A DNA stretch of 64,000 nucleotides from Bryobacterales bacterium (GCA_963842505.1 CAWJGZ010000001.1:2025919-2089918), one strand, 5' to 3'. Positions 9,659 to 19,694 are shown, counted from the stretch's first letter. The notes: a model not told the origin generated them from the sequence alone. A program made the numbers and translations.

Positions 9659-9943
9659 TTGGCCTCAGTGGACCCGGAAAAACTCGCGAAAAGCTCCGGC
9701 ATCTGCCATCGCTGCCTGCAACCCGTGCCGGAGCGCGCCGCGCAATGCCCGCATTGCGGCACGCGCCTGCAACGCGTGTGGTACATCCCGTATCTTTTGG
9801 GAATCGGAGGCTTGCTGGCGCTGGCCTTCGTGGCCGCCCTGATGATCAAGGTGGTCCACGACAATGACATCGAAAGCGCTCCACCGCAGGGGCAAGGACA
9901 GGAACAGCCTGCGCCGGGCACGCCGACGCCGCTGGAGAAATGA
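9659..9943 (+). CDS. zinc-ribbon membrane protein (hypothetical)
   Basis: 94 aa with a TTG start. Contains CHRC...CPHC (a four-Cys zinc ribbon) followed by one TM helix (YLLGIGGLLALAFVAALMI). Confidence 0.5.
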   Translation: MASVDPEKLAKSSGICHRCLQPVPERAAQCPHCGTRLQRVWYIPYLLGIGGLLALAFVAALMIKVVHDNDIESAPPQGQGQEQPAPGTPTPLEK

Positions 9944-10017
9944 TCCTGTCGCGCGCTCCGTACTAGTACGGGTACGGCTAGCAAGGCAGTAAAAATTCCG
10001 CATTAATTAGTCTAGAC

Positions 10018-10443
10018 ATGCGGAACATTCTACTGATTCTCACCCTCGGCGCCGGCGCTCTTTGCGCGCAGGACGCTTTCTTTACCGTAACCCGGCTGAC
10101 CGTGCCCCAGGGGCAGCTCGTGGACCGGAAACTGTTGGCCGGTCAGAAGCTCTGGCGTCTCAGCGTAGCCGCGCTCGCGACCGTCAATACCATGGACGTC
10201 GAATCCTCCTGGCATAAGCACGAATTGAACTCGACGCTGGCCGGCGCCAATGGAACTTTCGGCGCGCAAGGGGCGCTGATCAAGCTGGGGATGCAAGGCG
10301 GATTGGTGGGAATCGAGTACCTGCTTACGCGCCGCCATCCCAGCGCCCGGCTCTACCGCGCCGTTGCATTCATTAATTTTGGCGTGGCGGCGGGCATTGG
10401 ATCGGTAGCCGGCCACAACTATACTGTGCCCGTGCCGCGATAA
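10018..10443 (+). CDS. hypothetical secreted or membrane protein
   Basis: 141 aa with a signal peptide (MRNILLILTLGAGALCAQ). No family recognised. Confidence 0.5.
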   Translation: MRNILLILTLGAGALCAQDAFFTVTRLTVPQGQLVDRKLLAGQKLWRLSVAALATVNTMDVESSWHKHELNSTLAGANGTFGAQGALIKLGMQGGLVGIEYLLTRRHPSARLYRAVAFINFGVAAGIGSVAGHNYTVPVPR

Positions 10444-10476
10444 GCCGGCTGCCAGCCAAGCTAGAATGAGAAGCGC

Positions 10477-10869
10477 ATGGCAAATATTGCGGTCGGAACA
10501 GTTGGGGAAGAGAAGCTGCTGGTCACGAGCGAGGTGACCATCAACTTTCTGGGGATGGAAGGCGCGCGCGTGCTCTCGACCCCGCACATGATCGGCTACA
10601 TGGAGCGGACTTCGCGCAACAGCGTGCTGCCTTTGCTGGAGCCCGGCCACGACACCGTAGGCACGCACGTCGACATCTCGCACCTGGCGGCCACGCCGCT
10701 GGGGATGACCGTGACGTTTCGCGCCGAAGTGACCGGCGTTACCGGCCGCCGCGTGCAGTTTCGCGTGGAAGCCTGGGACGAAAAAGAGAAGATCGGCGAA
10801 GGCACGCACGAGCGCGCCATCATCAACGTCGCCAAATTCGCCACGCGGCTGGCGGAAAAATCGAAGTAA
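10477..10869 (+). CDS. hotdog-fold thioesterase (FlK-like family)
   Basis: 130 aa. Contains VLSTPHMIGYMERTSRNSV...GHDTVGTHVDISHLAATPLGMTV and GEGTHERAII, matching the FlK/thioesterase-superfamily pattern. Confidence 0.75.
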   Translation: MANIAVGTVGEEKLLVTSEVTINFLGMEGARVLSTPHMIGYMERTSRNSVLPLLEPGHDTVGTHVDISHLAATPLGMTVTFRAEVTGVTGRRVQFRVEAWDEKEKIGEGTHERAIINVAKFATRLAEKSK

Positions 10870-10898
10870 GGCCCTGGCTCCGGGCTGTCCAGCACCTG

Positions 10899-12572
10899 CT
10901 ACTGCTTGACGAACTCCACGCGGCGGTTCTGCGCCCGGCCCTGGGGCGTGTCGTTGGAGTCGATGGGCTTCGTGGCGCCCAGACCGGCGGTCGTCAGACG
11001 GGTCGCGTCCACTTTGAACTGCGAGACCAGAACCGCCTTCACCGCCTCGGCGCGGCGTTTCGAGAGGTCGAGATTGTGGTCGGCTGCGCCGGTCGAGTCC
11101 GTGTGTCCTTCGATCTGCAGCTTCAGGTTGGGATTCGTCTCCAGCCCGCGCGCGATGGACTTGATTACCGCCGCGGACTCGGACTTGAGACGATCGCTGT
11201 CGGTATCGAAGAGAATGCCGTGCGTGACGTAGCGGCCGGAAGAAGAGATGACCTGGCTGAAGTCGGGGGTAGATTCGGCGAAGCGCAGAAGCCGGATGCC
11301 GAAGTTCCCGCTCTCGCCGCGTCCAACTCCTGCTTGCGTTTGCAGCACGACGGATCCAAGTTCCGGCAGTTCGACTTGATTGGCGTCCATGACGCGGTTC
11401 TCGTTGATATACACCTGAAGACGACCGTTCTGGATCCACACGTTCTCACGAATGGGCTGGCTGAAATCGGCTGGGGTCTGTGCATCGGCGAAGACCTCGT
11501 TCGTGTCGTTGACTCGCACGTGGAGGCCGCCGGGGTCGGTTTGAACAAAGATGAGGAGGCTGTCCTGACCATCCTTGGTGCGGAACTGCCAGAGATTCCG
11601 GAAGTCGGTGGGATTCTGGAACATTACCACCGATTCCAGCGTGAAATTCTTGGGGAAGTCCTTGAAGTTGGGGGTCAACTCCAGATTTGAATCGGTGGTA
11701 AGCTGCCGGATTCCCGGGGCCACCATCAGCGTTACGGAGCCGCCGCGGACCTTCCAATGCGGCGGCGGCTCGTCGGCAGCCATGTCCGTAAAATCATCGT
11801 AGAAGATGGTTCTCTCGCCCGGAATGAAGTTGGCTTTCACGGCCGTCAAATCCGGCTGGCTCGCGGCCGAAGCCGCGCCGCCGGCGGGTTGCGGAGTTTG
11901 CAGGCTCGACACCGGCGCGGCCGTCTGACTCGCGGGCGGTGGCGCCGGAGCGGCGGCTGCCGCGCTGACTGGAGCCGGCGCGGCGTTTGGCGCAAGGCTC
12001 GCGAGGGCGGGTCCGCCGCGCGATTTAGCGCTGAGCATCACCATGCTCCCCGCGGCGAACCGGATCGTGGGGCCTTCAGCCGCGACATCAATCACGATCA
12101 GCGACACCGCTGCGCCGCCAACAGCGCCAATCACGGCTCCTTTTCCACCGCCCGCCAGGCCGCCTATGAGAGCGCCGGCCCCGGTTCCAGCCGCGGCCTT
12201 CGCCAGATTGCTGCTCCGGCGGACAACCCGGCCCTCTTCGTCAACGTCCGTCTGACCCTTGGAGTTTACGATTGACTTGACGTCCGCGGCGATGGGGACT
12301 GCCTGGCCGCCGTGCCTGAGCGTGTCGAAGGAGAAGCTCAATACGGATTGCCCGGTAAGCTTATTGCCGGACTTGGACTCTCTCACCTTGCCCTCGACAA
12401 TGTCTCCCTGAAGCGCGGGCGGGGTGAGCACCCGCGCCGAGACCGTGTCGCCTTTGCGGCTGATGTCGGTGCCCAATGGCGCCGTCAGCTCCGCCTGAAT
12501 GTCGATATCCTGAGCCAGCGCCGCTCCGCCCAACAGGAGGGCAAAGCCAAGACATGTTCCGTGTAATCTCAT
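10899..12572 (-). CDS. OmpA-family protein with an N-terminal glycine-zipper module
   Basis: 557 aa with a signal peptide. The C-terminus reads FDTDSDRLKSES...IEGHTDSTGAADHNLDLSKRRAEAV...NRRVEFV, a canonical OmpA_C domain. The N-terminal region has GALIGGLAGGGKGAVIGAVGG. Confidence 0.9.
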   Translation of the reverse strand: MRLHGTCLGFALLLGGAALAQDIDIQAELTAPLGTDISRKGDTVSARVLTPPALQGDIVEGKVRESKSGNKLTGQSVLSFSFDTLRHGGQAVPIAADVKSIVNSKGQTDVDEEGRVVRRSSNLAKAAAGTGAGALIGGLAGGGKGAVIGAVGGAAVSLIVIDVAAEGPTIRFAAGSMVMLSAKSRGGPALASLAPNAAPAPVSAAAAAPAPPPASQTAAPVSSLQTPQPAGGAASAASQPDLTAVKANFIPGERTIFYDDFTDMAADEPPPHWKVRGGSVTLMVAPGIRQLTTDSNLELTPNFKDFPKNFTLESVVMFQNPTDFRNLWQFRTKDGQDSLLIFVQTDPGGLHVRVNDTNEVFADAQTPADFSQPIRENVWIQNGRLQVYINENRVMDANQVELPELGSVVLQTQAGVGRGESGNFGIRLLRFAESTPDFSQVISSSGRYVTHGILFDTDSDRLKSESAAVIKSIARGLETNPNLKLQIEGHTDSTGAADHNLDLSKRRAEAVKAVLVSQFKVDATRLTTAGLGATKPIDSNDTPQGRAQNRRVEFVKQ

Positions 12573-12780
12573 GGCAGGAACTCCTCTCGCGCCCCCGGAT
12601 TCATTCGAGGACTACAGATCCGAATATCACAAACAGCGGATCGAATCAAGGCATATCGGCATGTGCAACTCCCGCTGGCGGCTCGCTGGCTGGCAAGACC
12701 TTACCGGAAAACGTCCAGCGGGCGGGCCGGCGTCCGGTTTCGCACAGGCGCCGGGGCTGCCTCGCAACGATGATTGGGCC

Positions 12781-15700
12781 TCAGTTTCCGCCCCGCCGTC
12801 CGCCTCTCGCCCCGCCGCCGGGCGCGGCTTGCACCCCCGCCGCCAGGTGATCGAAATTCATCATGGCGTTGAACAGCAGAAAGTAGCTGCCCTGTGTTTC
12901 GTTGCGCCACATGGGGTTGTTGGCGAACATTACCACGTGGCCCTTGCCGCGGGGAACGTCAATCACCGCAACCTGGTTGGCCAGCGCGGATCCCCCCGCC
13001 ATCATGCCGGAAACCAGCAGGTCGTTTTCCGCCGCAAAGCGCAGCACCACGCGCGGCCGCATCTCGGGCGGCTGCTGAGCGGCGCCGCGTCCGCCTCGTC
13101 CGCCTGCGCCCGCGGCATCTTCCGAAGCCGGCTCCTCGCCGGGTTGCGTGGGCGTGTTCATGGAAAGCGGACGGCCCTGCGGTGTATCGGGCTCGCCCAT
13201 GGTGCCGCGGCCGCTCGGACGGTTGGGTCCGGTGGCTCCGCCGCCAAAGCCGGTAGGCTGGCCTTCCTGCGGCACTTCGGCTGCTGCCGCGGCGCCCGCG
13301 CCGCGTCCGCCGCCCGCCGCCGCAGCCCCGCCGCCGCGTCCGCCGCGTCCGCCCGCGCCACCGCCGGTTGACAGCACCGGCGCCTGGTTGAAGTAGACCG
13401 CCAGCCGGTCGCCGTAGCCATACGCGATGGGGCTGCGTTTATCGGCCACGGTCGCATTGACCACGCTGCCGCGCGCATGCAAATCGGGCGCGCTCTGAAT
13501 GGTGACGCCCTCCGCCAGGCCGTAATCGATGGGGATCGACGCATTCCCCGTAATGGTCACGAACAAGCCGCCGGCATCGATAAACTTGCCGATCTTGTTG
13601 ATGCCCTCCAGACCCATGCCGCCGCGCATATCGTCCGTAGTGTCGGGAGCGTCACCCAGATTCGGAGTGATGTCGCTCTTCTTGAAGGGAACCGGTTCGC
13701 CGTTAGCCGGCGTGCCGTTCACGATGCGCTGCGCCGTTCCGCCCACCGGGCCGAACACGATCACATCGTACCTGGCGCGCAGATCCGGAATGTCTTTGAG
13801 CTTGATGTCGGAGATGTAATCGTAGGGAATCTTGAGTTGATCGAAGGCCACGCGGTACCAGCCTTCATTCTGTGTGCTGGTCCAGGTGTGCACGAAGGCG
13901 ATGCGCGGCGCAGCCAGTTCGTGCATCGCGACCGCCGGAAGCGCTGCCGCGGCGTACGTCATGATACCCAGCGAGGAAGCCGCCGCATCCAGCCGCGCCC
14001 GCAGATCGGGCGGGTTGCCTTCCGTCCGGATGATAAAGGATCCGGCGTTGAAATCGCGGTTCTCGGCCTTGAAACCATCTTCGGCGGCGAACATTTTCAC
14101 GTCTTTCAGTTGGAAACGAAACGTGGCCAGAACGTTGTCGGCGTTGTGATTGATCAGGTACGCGGCGGGCGTCGAGGCGCCCGAGACTCCGCCCTGTGGT
14201 TTGGCGTCGGTGGCCAGCAGGGTCATCGGCAGCTTCAGGATGTCCGGCTGGGTCACGCGGATGGTGGTGACATTCACCAGCGGCCCCATCGTCCAGCCGG
14301 TGTCGTCGTATGGCGGCGGGTCGCTGATGTTGTAGTAAGCCGTGTCCAGCAGCATGTCGGCTATGCGGCTGTAAGGCTGATCCATGCGGATCACGTAGCT
14401 GCCCGCCGCCAGTTTTTCCTTGCGTGTGGGCGTAATGGCGACTTCCGTATCGGCGTTCAGGCGATTGACCTCCACGCCTTGCAGCCGCAGCAGGTTGATC
14501 AGCGCGGCGGATTGCCCCGGACGCGGATCGTTGCCCGGCACCACCCACGCCGCCGGTCCTTCGGCCGCGGCTTTCTCGACGCTGCGGCGGCTCTTCAGGT
14601 AAAAGTTATCCAGGTACTGCTTGCGGTTGTTGGCCACGCTGTTCATGGAGAACAGCACACCGCTCTGTTGCAGATTGATGTTGTCGCGGATCGACCAGTT
14701 GACGCGCGAAGTCGGCGGGTTGGGCCGGAACCACGTGCGGCCGGTCGAATTGGCGGGCACCGTGCGAACGCCGGTGTCGGCCCCGTTGCCGCCGAAGGTT
14801 TCATAAAAGCGCCCGATGGAATTGTGGCCGTTGGCCACGTAGAACATGTAATTGGGCGCCCAGCCATCGTAGTAGCCATGCGTCCAGACGCCCGGCACGC
14901 CTCGCTTGGTGAACTCCTCGATGTCCGCGTAGGCCATCTTCTGCCACTCGTCGATGGTCAGCGGGTCGAGCCATGCATTGTACGGGCCCATTCCGGTCGA
15001 GACATAGAGGAACGGCACCGATTCATGCAGATCGTGCAGCACGGTGGGGTGGTAGTCGAGGAAAGCTCCCATCATGGCGCGGCTAAGCTCGAGCGCCATG
15101 CCGATGCCGTCGCGGTTGTTGTCGTGCTGGACGTACTTGCCCCAGTAGACCAGGTTGGGCGCCGGCTTGTTGGGGAAGGCCTTGCGATAGTTGTAAATAT
15201 CCACTTCGGCGTCGCGCCCGTCGGCTTCCGTACACGGCGTGATCAGCGCGATGGAGTTTTTCCGGATGTTTTGAATCAGCGGCGATTCTTCCACCGTCAG
15301 CCGGTACGCCAACTCCATCAGCATCTCCGGCGAACCGGTTTCCGGCGAGTGGATGCTGCCCGATGCCCAGTAAAAGGGCAGCGCTTCGGAAGCCAGCGCG
15401 TCAGCCTCCTGCGGCGTGATCTTGCGCGGGTCCGCGAGGCGCGCGGTGAGCTGCTTGAAGTGGTCCAGGCGGGCGATGTTGGCTTCGTCTGAGATAGCCA
15501 CCAGCAGGATTTCGCGGCCCTCTTCGGAATGGCCGATGACAAAGACCTTGACGCGCTTCGACGCCTTTTCCAGCTCCCGCATGTAGCGGTAAATGTCCTT
15601 GGTATACGTCAGTTTGTTGGGCGTTCCAATGGGGTAGCCCAGCACTTTCTCCGGGGTGGGGACGGTATCGGAAGCCGGCAGATGGTCCACCAGCTCTGTC

Positions 15701-15822
15701 AGGAAATATTTTTCGGTGGTGTACTGCAGGATCTTGGCGGTGTATCCTTCGTCGTTCTTCTGTGCGGGCGGCGCCGCCCAGACGCTCAGGGCGAAAAGCA
15801 GGCAGATGGCAGTCTTGCGCAT
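12781..15822 (-). CDS. M14-family zinc carboxypeptidase, long form with a C-terminal Gly/Arg/Ala-rich tail
   Basis: Start placed at the ATG at 15822 (MRKTAICLLFALSVWA, signal peptide). HxxE zinc motif in SGSIHSPETGSPEM. Also contains NNRDGIG and HDLHES. The C-terminal low-complexity stretch is GGGAGGRGGRGGGAAAAGGGRGAGAAAAAE. Confidence 0.8.
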   Translation of the reverse strand: MRKTAICLLFALSVWAAPPAQKNDEGYTAKILQYTTEKYFLTELVDHLPASDTVPTPEKVLGYPIGTPNKLTYTKDIYRYMRELEKASKRVKVFVIGHSEEGREILLVAISDEANIARLDHFKQLTARLADPRKITPQEADALASEALPFYWASGSIHSPETGSPEMLMELAYRLTVEESPLIQNIRKNSIALITPCTEADGRDAEVDIYNYRKAFPNKPAPNLVYWGKYVQHDNNRDGIGMALELSRAMMGAFLDYHPTVLHDLHESVPFLYVSTGMGPYNAWLDPLTIDEWQKMAYADIEEFTKRGVPGVWTHGYYDGWAPNYMFYVANGHNSIGRFYETFGGNGADTGVRTVPANSTGRTWFRPNPPTSRVNWSIRDNINLQQSGVLFSMNSVANNRKQYLDNFYLKSRRSVEKAAAEGPAAWVVPGNDPRPGQSAALINLLRLQGVEVNRLNADTEVAITPTRKEKLAAGSYVIRMDQPYSRIADMLLDTAYYNISDPPPYDDTGWTMGPLVNVTTIRVTQPDILKLPMTLLATDAKPQGGVSGASTPAAYLINHNADNVLATFRFQLKDVKMFAAEDGFKAENRDFNAGSFIIRTEGNPPDLRARLDAAASSLGIMTYAAAALPAVAMHELAAPRIAFVHTWTSTQNEGWYRVAFDQLKIPYDYISDIKLKDIPDLRARYDVIVFGPVGGTAQRIVNGTPANGEPVPFKKSDITPNLGDAPDTTDDMRGGMGLEGINKIGKFIDAGGLFVTITGNASIPIDYGLAEGVTIQSAPDLHARGSVVNATVADKRSPIAYGYGDRLAVYFNQAPVLSTGGGAGGRGGRGGGAAAAGGGRGAGAAAAAEVPQEGQPTGFGGGATGPNRPSGRGTMGEPDTPQGRPLSMNTPTQPGEEPASEDAAGAGGRGGRGAAQQPPEMRPRVVLRFAAENDLLVSGMMAGGSALANQVAVIDVPRGKGHVVMFANNPMWRNETQGSYFLLFNAMMNFDHLAAGVQAAPGGGARGGRRGGN

Positions 15823-15862
15823 GATCCCGCCATCATATCGAAGTTCCGGTAACCTGCCAATG

Positions 15863-16417
15863 TTATTGCGGCAGCTTTCGATGCACGCGCATGGCCTGAG
15901 CCATGTGCCGCCTCTCATGCGCGGCCACTTGTGCGAACATCATGCCCAGGCTCATTTTCAGGAAGCGCGAAATCGGCGTCGCCACTTTCACGCGGCGCAG
16001 ATCCAGGCCCTCGGCGCGCTCCAGTTGCAGCGTAAGCTGGTCCTGCACGTGGAGAAATGTCGGCAGCACGGCCGTTAGCGGTTGGCCGTGCAGCGGGACA
16101 AAATGCTCCGGGGCGGGCATCTGGTCGCGCACCGGCGGCGAAGTTTGATCGACGATGAAGCGGTCGATGGCTCCGTATTCGAACGGTCCCCGGCCGGTGA
16201 TGCCGCGCTCCCGGCCCCGGCCGATGGCTCTCTCGATCGCGACAATTTCCCATTGCCCCACCATCGTCAGGTGTGCCAGGCACTCTTCAATCGACCAGGC
16301 AGCCGGGTCTGGACGCCAGTTGAAGCGCGCTTCGTCGAGGCCGGCGGTGAGTTCCCTGGCTTGCTGCCTGATGCTTTCGAACTGCTGGCGATAGAGTTCC
16401 AATTCGGGGACGGTCAC
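15863..16417 (-). CDS. DinB-family protein
   Basis: 184 aa. Contains WSIEECLAHL and the terminal AAHERRHMAQA, typical of the DinB_2 four-helix-bundle metal site. Confidence 0.75.
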   Translation of the reverse strand: MTVPELELYRQQFESIRQQARELTAGLDEARFNWRPDPAAWSIEECLAHLTMVGQWEIVAIERAIGRGRERGITGRGPFEYGAIDRFIVDQTSPPVRDQMPAPEHFVPLHGQPLTAVLPTFLHVQDQLTLQLERAEGLDLRRVKVATPISRFLKMSLGMMFAQVAAHERRHMAQAMRVHRKLPQ

Positions 16418-16448
16418 TCTCGGGATTATAGCGAACAGGCGGCGGCCA

Positions 16449-17036
16449 TCAGTGTGCGTGCATCGCCAAAGCCTCCGGCTTCGCGAAGCGGAAATCGACG
16501 GAGAGCAGATCTCTCACCGAATAGGCCGGCTTTCCAACGCCGTCCGCCGCATGTCTGGTGGTGTTGGCGAAGATATGGTAGAGCTCATGCGCCAGCACAC
16601 GGCCGAGGGCGCGCCCCAGGGCGCCGTCGCGATCCCCGCTCGGCAGAGTGAGCAGTCGTGCTCCCAGGAACGCGCGCAAGCCGCCGCAATCCAGATCGGT
16701 AAACGGAAGAATCACGCCGTTGCTGATGTGAGTCCAGCCGAGCGCGCCCGGGTTGGTGCTATGCGGCGGCAGGCCGGTGGCATCACATCGGCCCTTAAAA
16801 CTCACCACCGCCAATTCGTCGGGGGCTTCGGTGCTGCTGCCGGCGAGCGGACGCCAATCGAACTGCAAACCGATCGGAGTCATAATGGTGCCCAGTTCGT
16901 CCCGCAACGAATGCACCACCGCCGCCGGGGGCGTCTGATCGAACTGGACGTAGAGCGTCACGTGAGCCGCCGGAGGCGGTTCCGCGGCCCACCCCGCCTG
17001 CATCGCCAGGGCAAGCAGGAGCAGCAGCTCTCTCAT
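16449..17036 (-). CDS. hypothetical secreted protein with an HExxH motif
   Basis: Start at the ATG at 17036, with GGAGG 8 nt upstream (MRELLLLLALAMQAGWA). Contains VLAHELYHIF (HExxH). The longer track ORF to 17234 overlaps the upstream gene. Confidence 0.55.
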   Translation of the reverse strand: MRELLLLLALAMQAGWAAEPPPAAHVTLYVQFDQTPPAAVVHSLRDELGTIMTPIGLQFDWRPLAGSSTEAPDELAVVSFKGRCDATGLPPHSTNPGALGWTHISNGVILPFTDLDCGGLRAFLGARLLTLPSGDRDGALGRALGRVLAHELYHIFANTTRHAADGVGKPAYSVRDLLSVDFRFAKPEALAMHAH

Positions 17037-17064
17037 GATCGGGCCTCCATTCCGACGGGACGGA

Positions 17065-17679
17065 TTACCGGTCGGATCCCTGGCCCGCCGGGCGGTGTCG
17101 ATCGACCACCAGCTCCGGATGTTCGCGGACCAGCGTTTGAGCCGTGTGGCAGGCGAAGCAGATTGGTTTGGCGGCCGCCAGCGTTTCAGGCAACCTGTCG
17201 GCCGGAATCCGCTTCCACTCCACGGAAATTCCATCGGCCAGCAGCAGGGCCGGTTTGCCCCCGGCCGGCGGGATCTCGCCGATCGGCCGGCCGCAGGAAG
17301 CGCACGACTTGCCGGCGTACCAGTCCACCAGAATGCGGTGAATCAGGCAGCCTTCAGGCGAAGCTTCGATTTGGGAAAGGCACTCTTGTCCGCAGCCGGC
17401 CATCTCCGGCCAGCGGGAACATGCGGAAAGCTGCAAGTGCGGCGCGTGAGCCAGGCCGCTCCAGGCGGCATGGCGGCTATCGACCGTAACGCCGGCCGGC
17501 CGGTGGTTTTCGGGGCACGTGATCACCCGGTCGCCCAGGTATTTCCACCAGACGGCGATCAGGCGGAAAGCCGCCCACGCCGCCATTAGGGCCACGATCA
17601 CCAAGCCGATAACGATGGTCGCCGGCACGAAATGCCTAGAGCAACGGGCGGGCCGTTGCTTGCGGAGTGCTCCGCCCAT
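17065..17679 (-). CDS. hypothetical Cys-rich membrane protein
   Basis: Start chosen at MGGALRKQ. One TM helix (VIGLVIVALMAAWAAF), then ten cysteines including CSRWPEMAGCGQEC, CASCG and CFAC. The start position is uncertain. Confidence 0.45.
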   Translation of the reverse strand: MGGALRKQRPARCSRHFVPATIVIGLVIVALMAAWAAFRLIAVWWKYLGDRVITCPENHRPAGVTVDSRHAAWSGLAHAPHLQLSACSRWPEMAGCGQECLSQIEASPEGCLIHRILVDWYAGKSCASCGRPIGEIPPAGGKPALLLADGISVEWKRIPADRLPETLAAAKPICFACHTAQTLVREHPELVVDRHRPAGQGSDR

Positions 17680-17761
17680 AGCTAACTCTCTGATTTCAGG
17701 CGGCGGCGTCCATTGGCCCCGGGGCAGGTGGCGGGGTAAGCTGGGGACATACCCACAGGCA

Positions 17762-18340
17762 ATGGGTGCTATGACCCGAATCGGCAATGAGCGCGCGCTG
17801 CGGCTGGGGTTGGCCCTGGTGTTGGCCGCCGGGGTTTCGGCTTTCGACTTCTATTCGTCGGTGCGGCAGAAGTTCGATCTGATCTCGAGCGACCGTCTGC
17901 CGGCCGGCTCTCGCGTTCAGTTGAGCCCGGCTGAGCTGAACGCCTACGCCCAGCACGAAGTGCCGCCGGGCGTCCGCAATCCCAAACTCCAACTGGCTGC
18001 AAGCGGCGAGGCGACCGGCAGCGCCATGGTCGATTTCGGCAAGCTGCGCCGCGCTCAGGGCGACCAACCCGGCTGGCTGATGTCCAAACTCCTCGATGGC
18101 GAACGTCCTGTCAGTGTCACCGTGCGCATCCAGTCATCGGGGGGAACCGCCAAAGTGGACGTCCTGCGCGTGGACGTGTCGGGTATCGAGATCGATGGCA
18201 AAGTACTCGACTTTCTCATTGAGAACGTCTTATTGCCGCTCTACCCGAATGCCATGGTGGGCCGGACTTTCGATCTGAGCCATCGCATCGACCGGTTGGA
18301 AGTGGGCCCGGCCGGCGTATCCGTGGTGATCGGCCGATAG
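17762..18340 (+). CDS. hypothetical secreted protein
   Basis: Internal ATG at 17762 (MGAMTRIGNERALRLGLALVLAAGVSA). The 5' part of the track ORF overlaps the divergent gene. No family recognised. Confidence 0.5.
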   Translation: MGAMTRIGNERALRLGLALVLAAGVSAFDFYSSVRQKFDLISSDRLPAGSRVQLSPAELNAYAQHEVPPGVRNPKLQLAASGEATGSAMVDFGKLRRAQGDQPGWLMSKLLDGERPVSVTVRIQSSGGTAKVDVLRVDVSGIEIDGKVLDFLIENVLLPLYPNAMVGRTFDLSHRIDRLEVGPAGVSVVIGR

Positions 18341-18437
18341 CGTCAGGGCTGCGCGGCTCTGATCCGAGCCGCGAACGTGAGAGAGCGGTTGCCTGCCGGT
18401 GCAACGACTTTCAGCGGTCAGAGCGCTTGGCTGCGCC

Positions 18438-19598
18438 TCATTTCCACGAAATGCTCTCGCCGCCCAGCAGCACCACGTCGAAGATCGCCGCGCTCGTGTG
18501 ATTGAATTCCACCGGCGTCAGTTTGCCGTTGTACGGTTTCAAAACGACCAGGTTTGGCATATCCGCCGGAGTGGGAAAACCGCCGCCCGCCAGAATCGCC
18601 ATTCGCACGGAACTTCCCAGGTTCAGCCTCACATCGTTGCCGTTCACCGTGGCATGCAGGAACGGGTTCACTGCCACCTGCCGGGGGATCACCACGCACA
18701 TCGTGCTCCCGGACTTGTCGCACGTGGCGTTATCTGCCCTCATGGCCTCCGTCAGGCGATCCAACTCGGCGGGTGTGGCGCCGGCGACCACGATTTCCGT
18801 GATGCCGTTATCCGCCGGGTCGGTCTTGTAGAACATCCGGTAGTAGCCTGCCTGCGCCGGAAACTGGAACCAGTTGGTTGCCGGCTTGTCCTCCGGTTCC
18901 TTCTTGCCGGCTATGGTGCGCTCGGCTCCCAGCGGTGTGATGGTGGAACCGGAGCCATCCGGTTTCAGCCGGAAGGCATACCACGCCGTTTCGTAACCGA
19001 TCAGGTTCGGCGAAGCCTTCACGCCAACTTCCAAGCGGGCGCCGCTGCCGGTGACGCTGGTGGTCTCCAGAACGGGCGCATCGGACGCCGTGCCTTCCTT
19101 CAGCACCGGGCTCACCACCTGTAGCTCGTTTTGCGGCCCCAGGTCGATATAACCCTTCGAGACATTGTCGGCATGCAACAGGCGGTACGCCCTGGAAGGA
19201 TCGAACGGCAGCGACTCCAGAATGCGCATCGCCAGGTTCAGACCCGTGTGGGGCGCCAGGCAGCCCTCCGCTTCGGCCCTGGTGGTCCATTCAGCCAGCC
19301 ATCCAACCGGCTGCTTCAGCAGGTTGTCGCGCAGGACGGTGAGCTGCACCTTGTTCTTCCTGCGCGGCAGCACCGTGATGGCATTCGAGTCCGGCGCGCA
19401 GGCCGGCCGCCACTGAAGCACGGCCGCGGTCAGCCTGGCTTGTGCAAGATCGGGCTGTATAACTCCGGGTGGAATCAGGACGCGCCCTTGCGGAACCAGC
19501 CGGTAGGTGAGCGGCTTTTTCGCGGCGCAGCCCGTGAAGCAAAGAATGCCCGCCAGGTTCAATAGCGGCAGAAGCCAGGAGCGGCGTGCACCATTCAT
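18438..19598 (-). CDS. hypothetical lipoprotein, possibly with a C-terminal SLBB/beta-grasp-like segment
   Basis: 386 aa with lipobox LCFTGC|A. The C-terminal VNGNDVRLNLGSSVRMAILAGGG resembles SLBB-domain motifs, but this is weak. Confidence 0.55.
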   Translation of the reverse strand: MNGARRSWLLPLLNLAGILCFTGCAAKKPLTYRLVPQGRVLIPPGVIQPDLAQARLTAAVLQWRPACAPDSNAITVLPRRKNKVQLTVLRDNLLKQPVGWLAEWTTRAEAEGCLAPHTGLNLAMRILESLPFDPSRAYRLLHADNVSKGYIDLGPQNELQVVSPVLKEGTASDAPVLETTSVTGSGARLEVGVKASPNLIGYETAWYAFRLKPDGSGSTITPLGAERTIAGKKEPEDKPATNWFQFPAQAGYYRMFYKTDPADNGITEIVVAGATPAELDRLTEAMRADNATCDKSGSTMCVVIPRQVAVNPFLHATVNGNDVRLNLGSSVRMAILAGGGFPTPADMPNLVVLKPYNGKLTPVEFNHTSAAIFDVVLLGGESISWK

Positions 19599-19625
19599 GC
19601 TAAAAATTTAGCACAAAACGGGTCG

Positions 19626-19645
19626 GACAGGCCTCCTGGCCTGTC
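19626..19645. terminator. GC-rich hairpin GACAGGCC-TCCT-GGCCTGTC (identical to 5056..5075)
   Basis: Exact 20-mer repeat. It lies downstream of the minus-strand stop at 19695..19697 and upstream of the lipoprotein gene start at 19598. Confidence 0.45.
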
Positions 19646-19694
19646 ACAGCCGGGTCACCGGCCCGGCCCAGGCGACCAGCCGTTGCGCCGCCGA

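Noticed and set aside
10030-11439. 469-aa minus-strand ORF
   Set aside because: It overlaps the OmpA-family gene out of frame, and it overlaps two plus-strand genes (10018..10443 and 10477..10869) that have a signal peptide and thioesterase motifs respectively.
13477-15492. 671-aa plus-strand ORF
   Set aside because: It is antisense to the M14 carboxypeptidase gene and has a shadow-ORF composition (Arg/Gly/Val/His-rich).
16449-17234. Longer N-terminal extensions offered by the ORF track (also 5778..6635, 9166..9984, 12781..15918, 35881..36888, 49791..50708, 52689..54272, 55580..56332)
   Set aside because: In each case the extension overlaps a neighbouring gene or a repeat. An internal start gives a proper signal peptide or family N-terminus. 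In several cases that internal start also has a Shine-Dalgarno-like motif.
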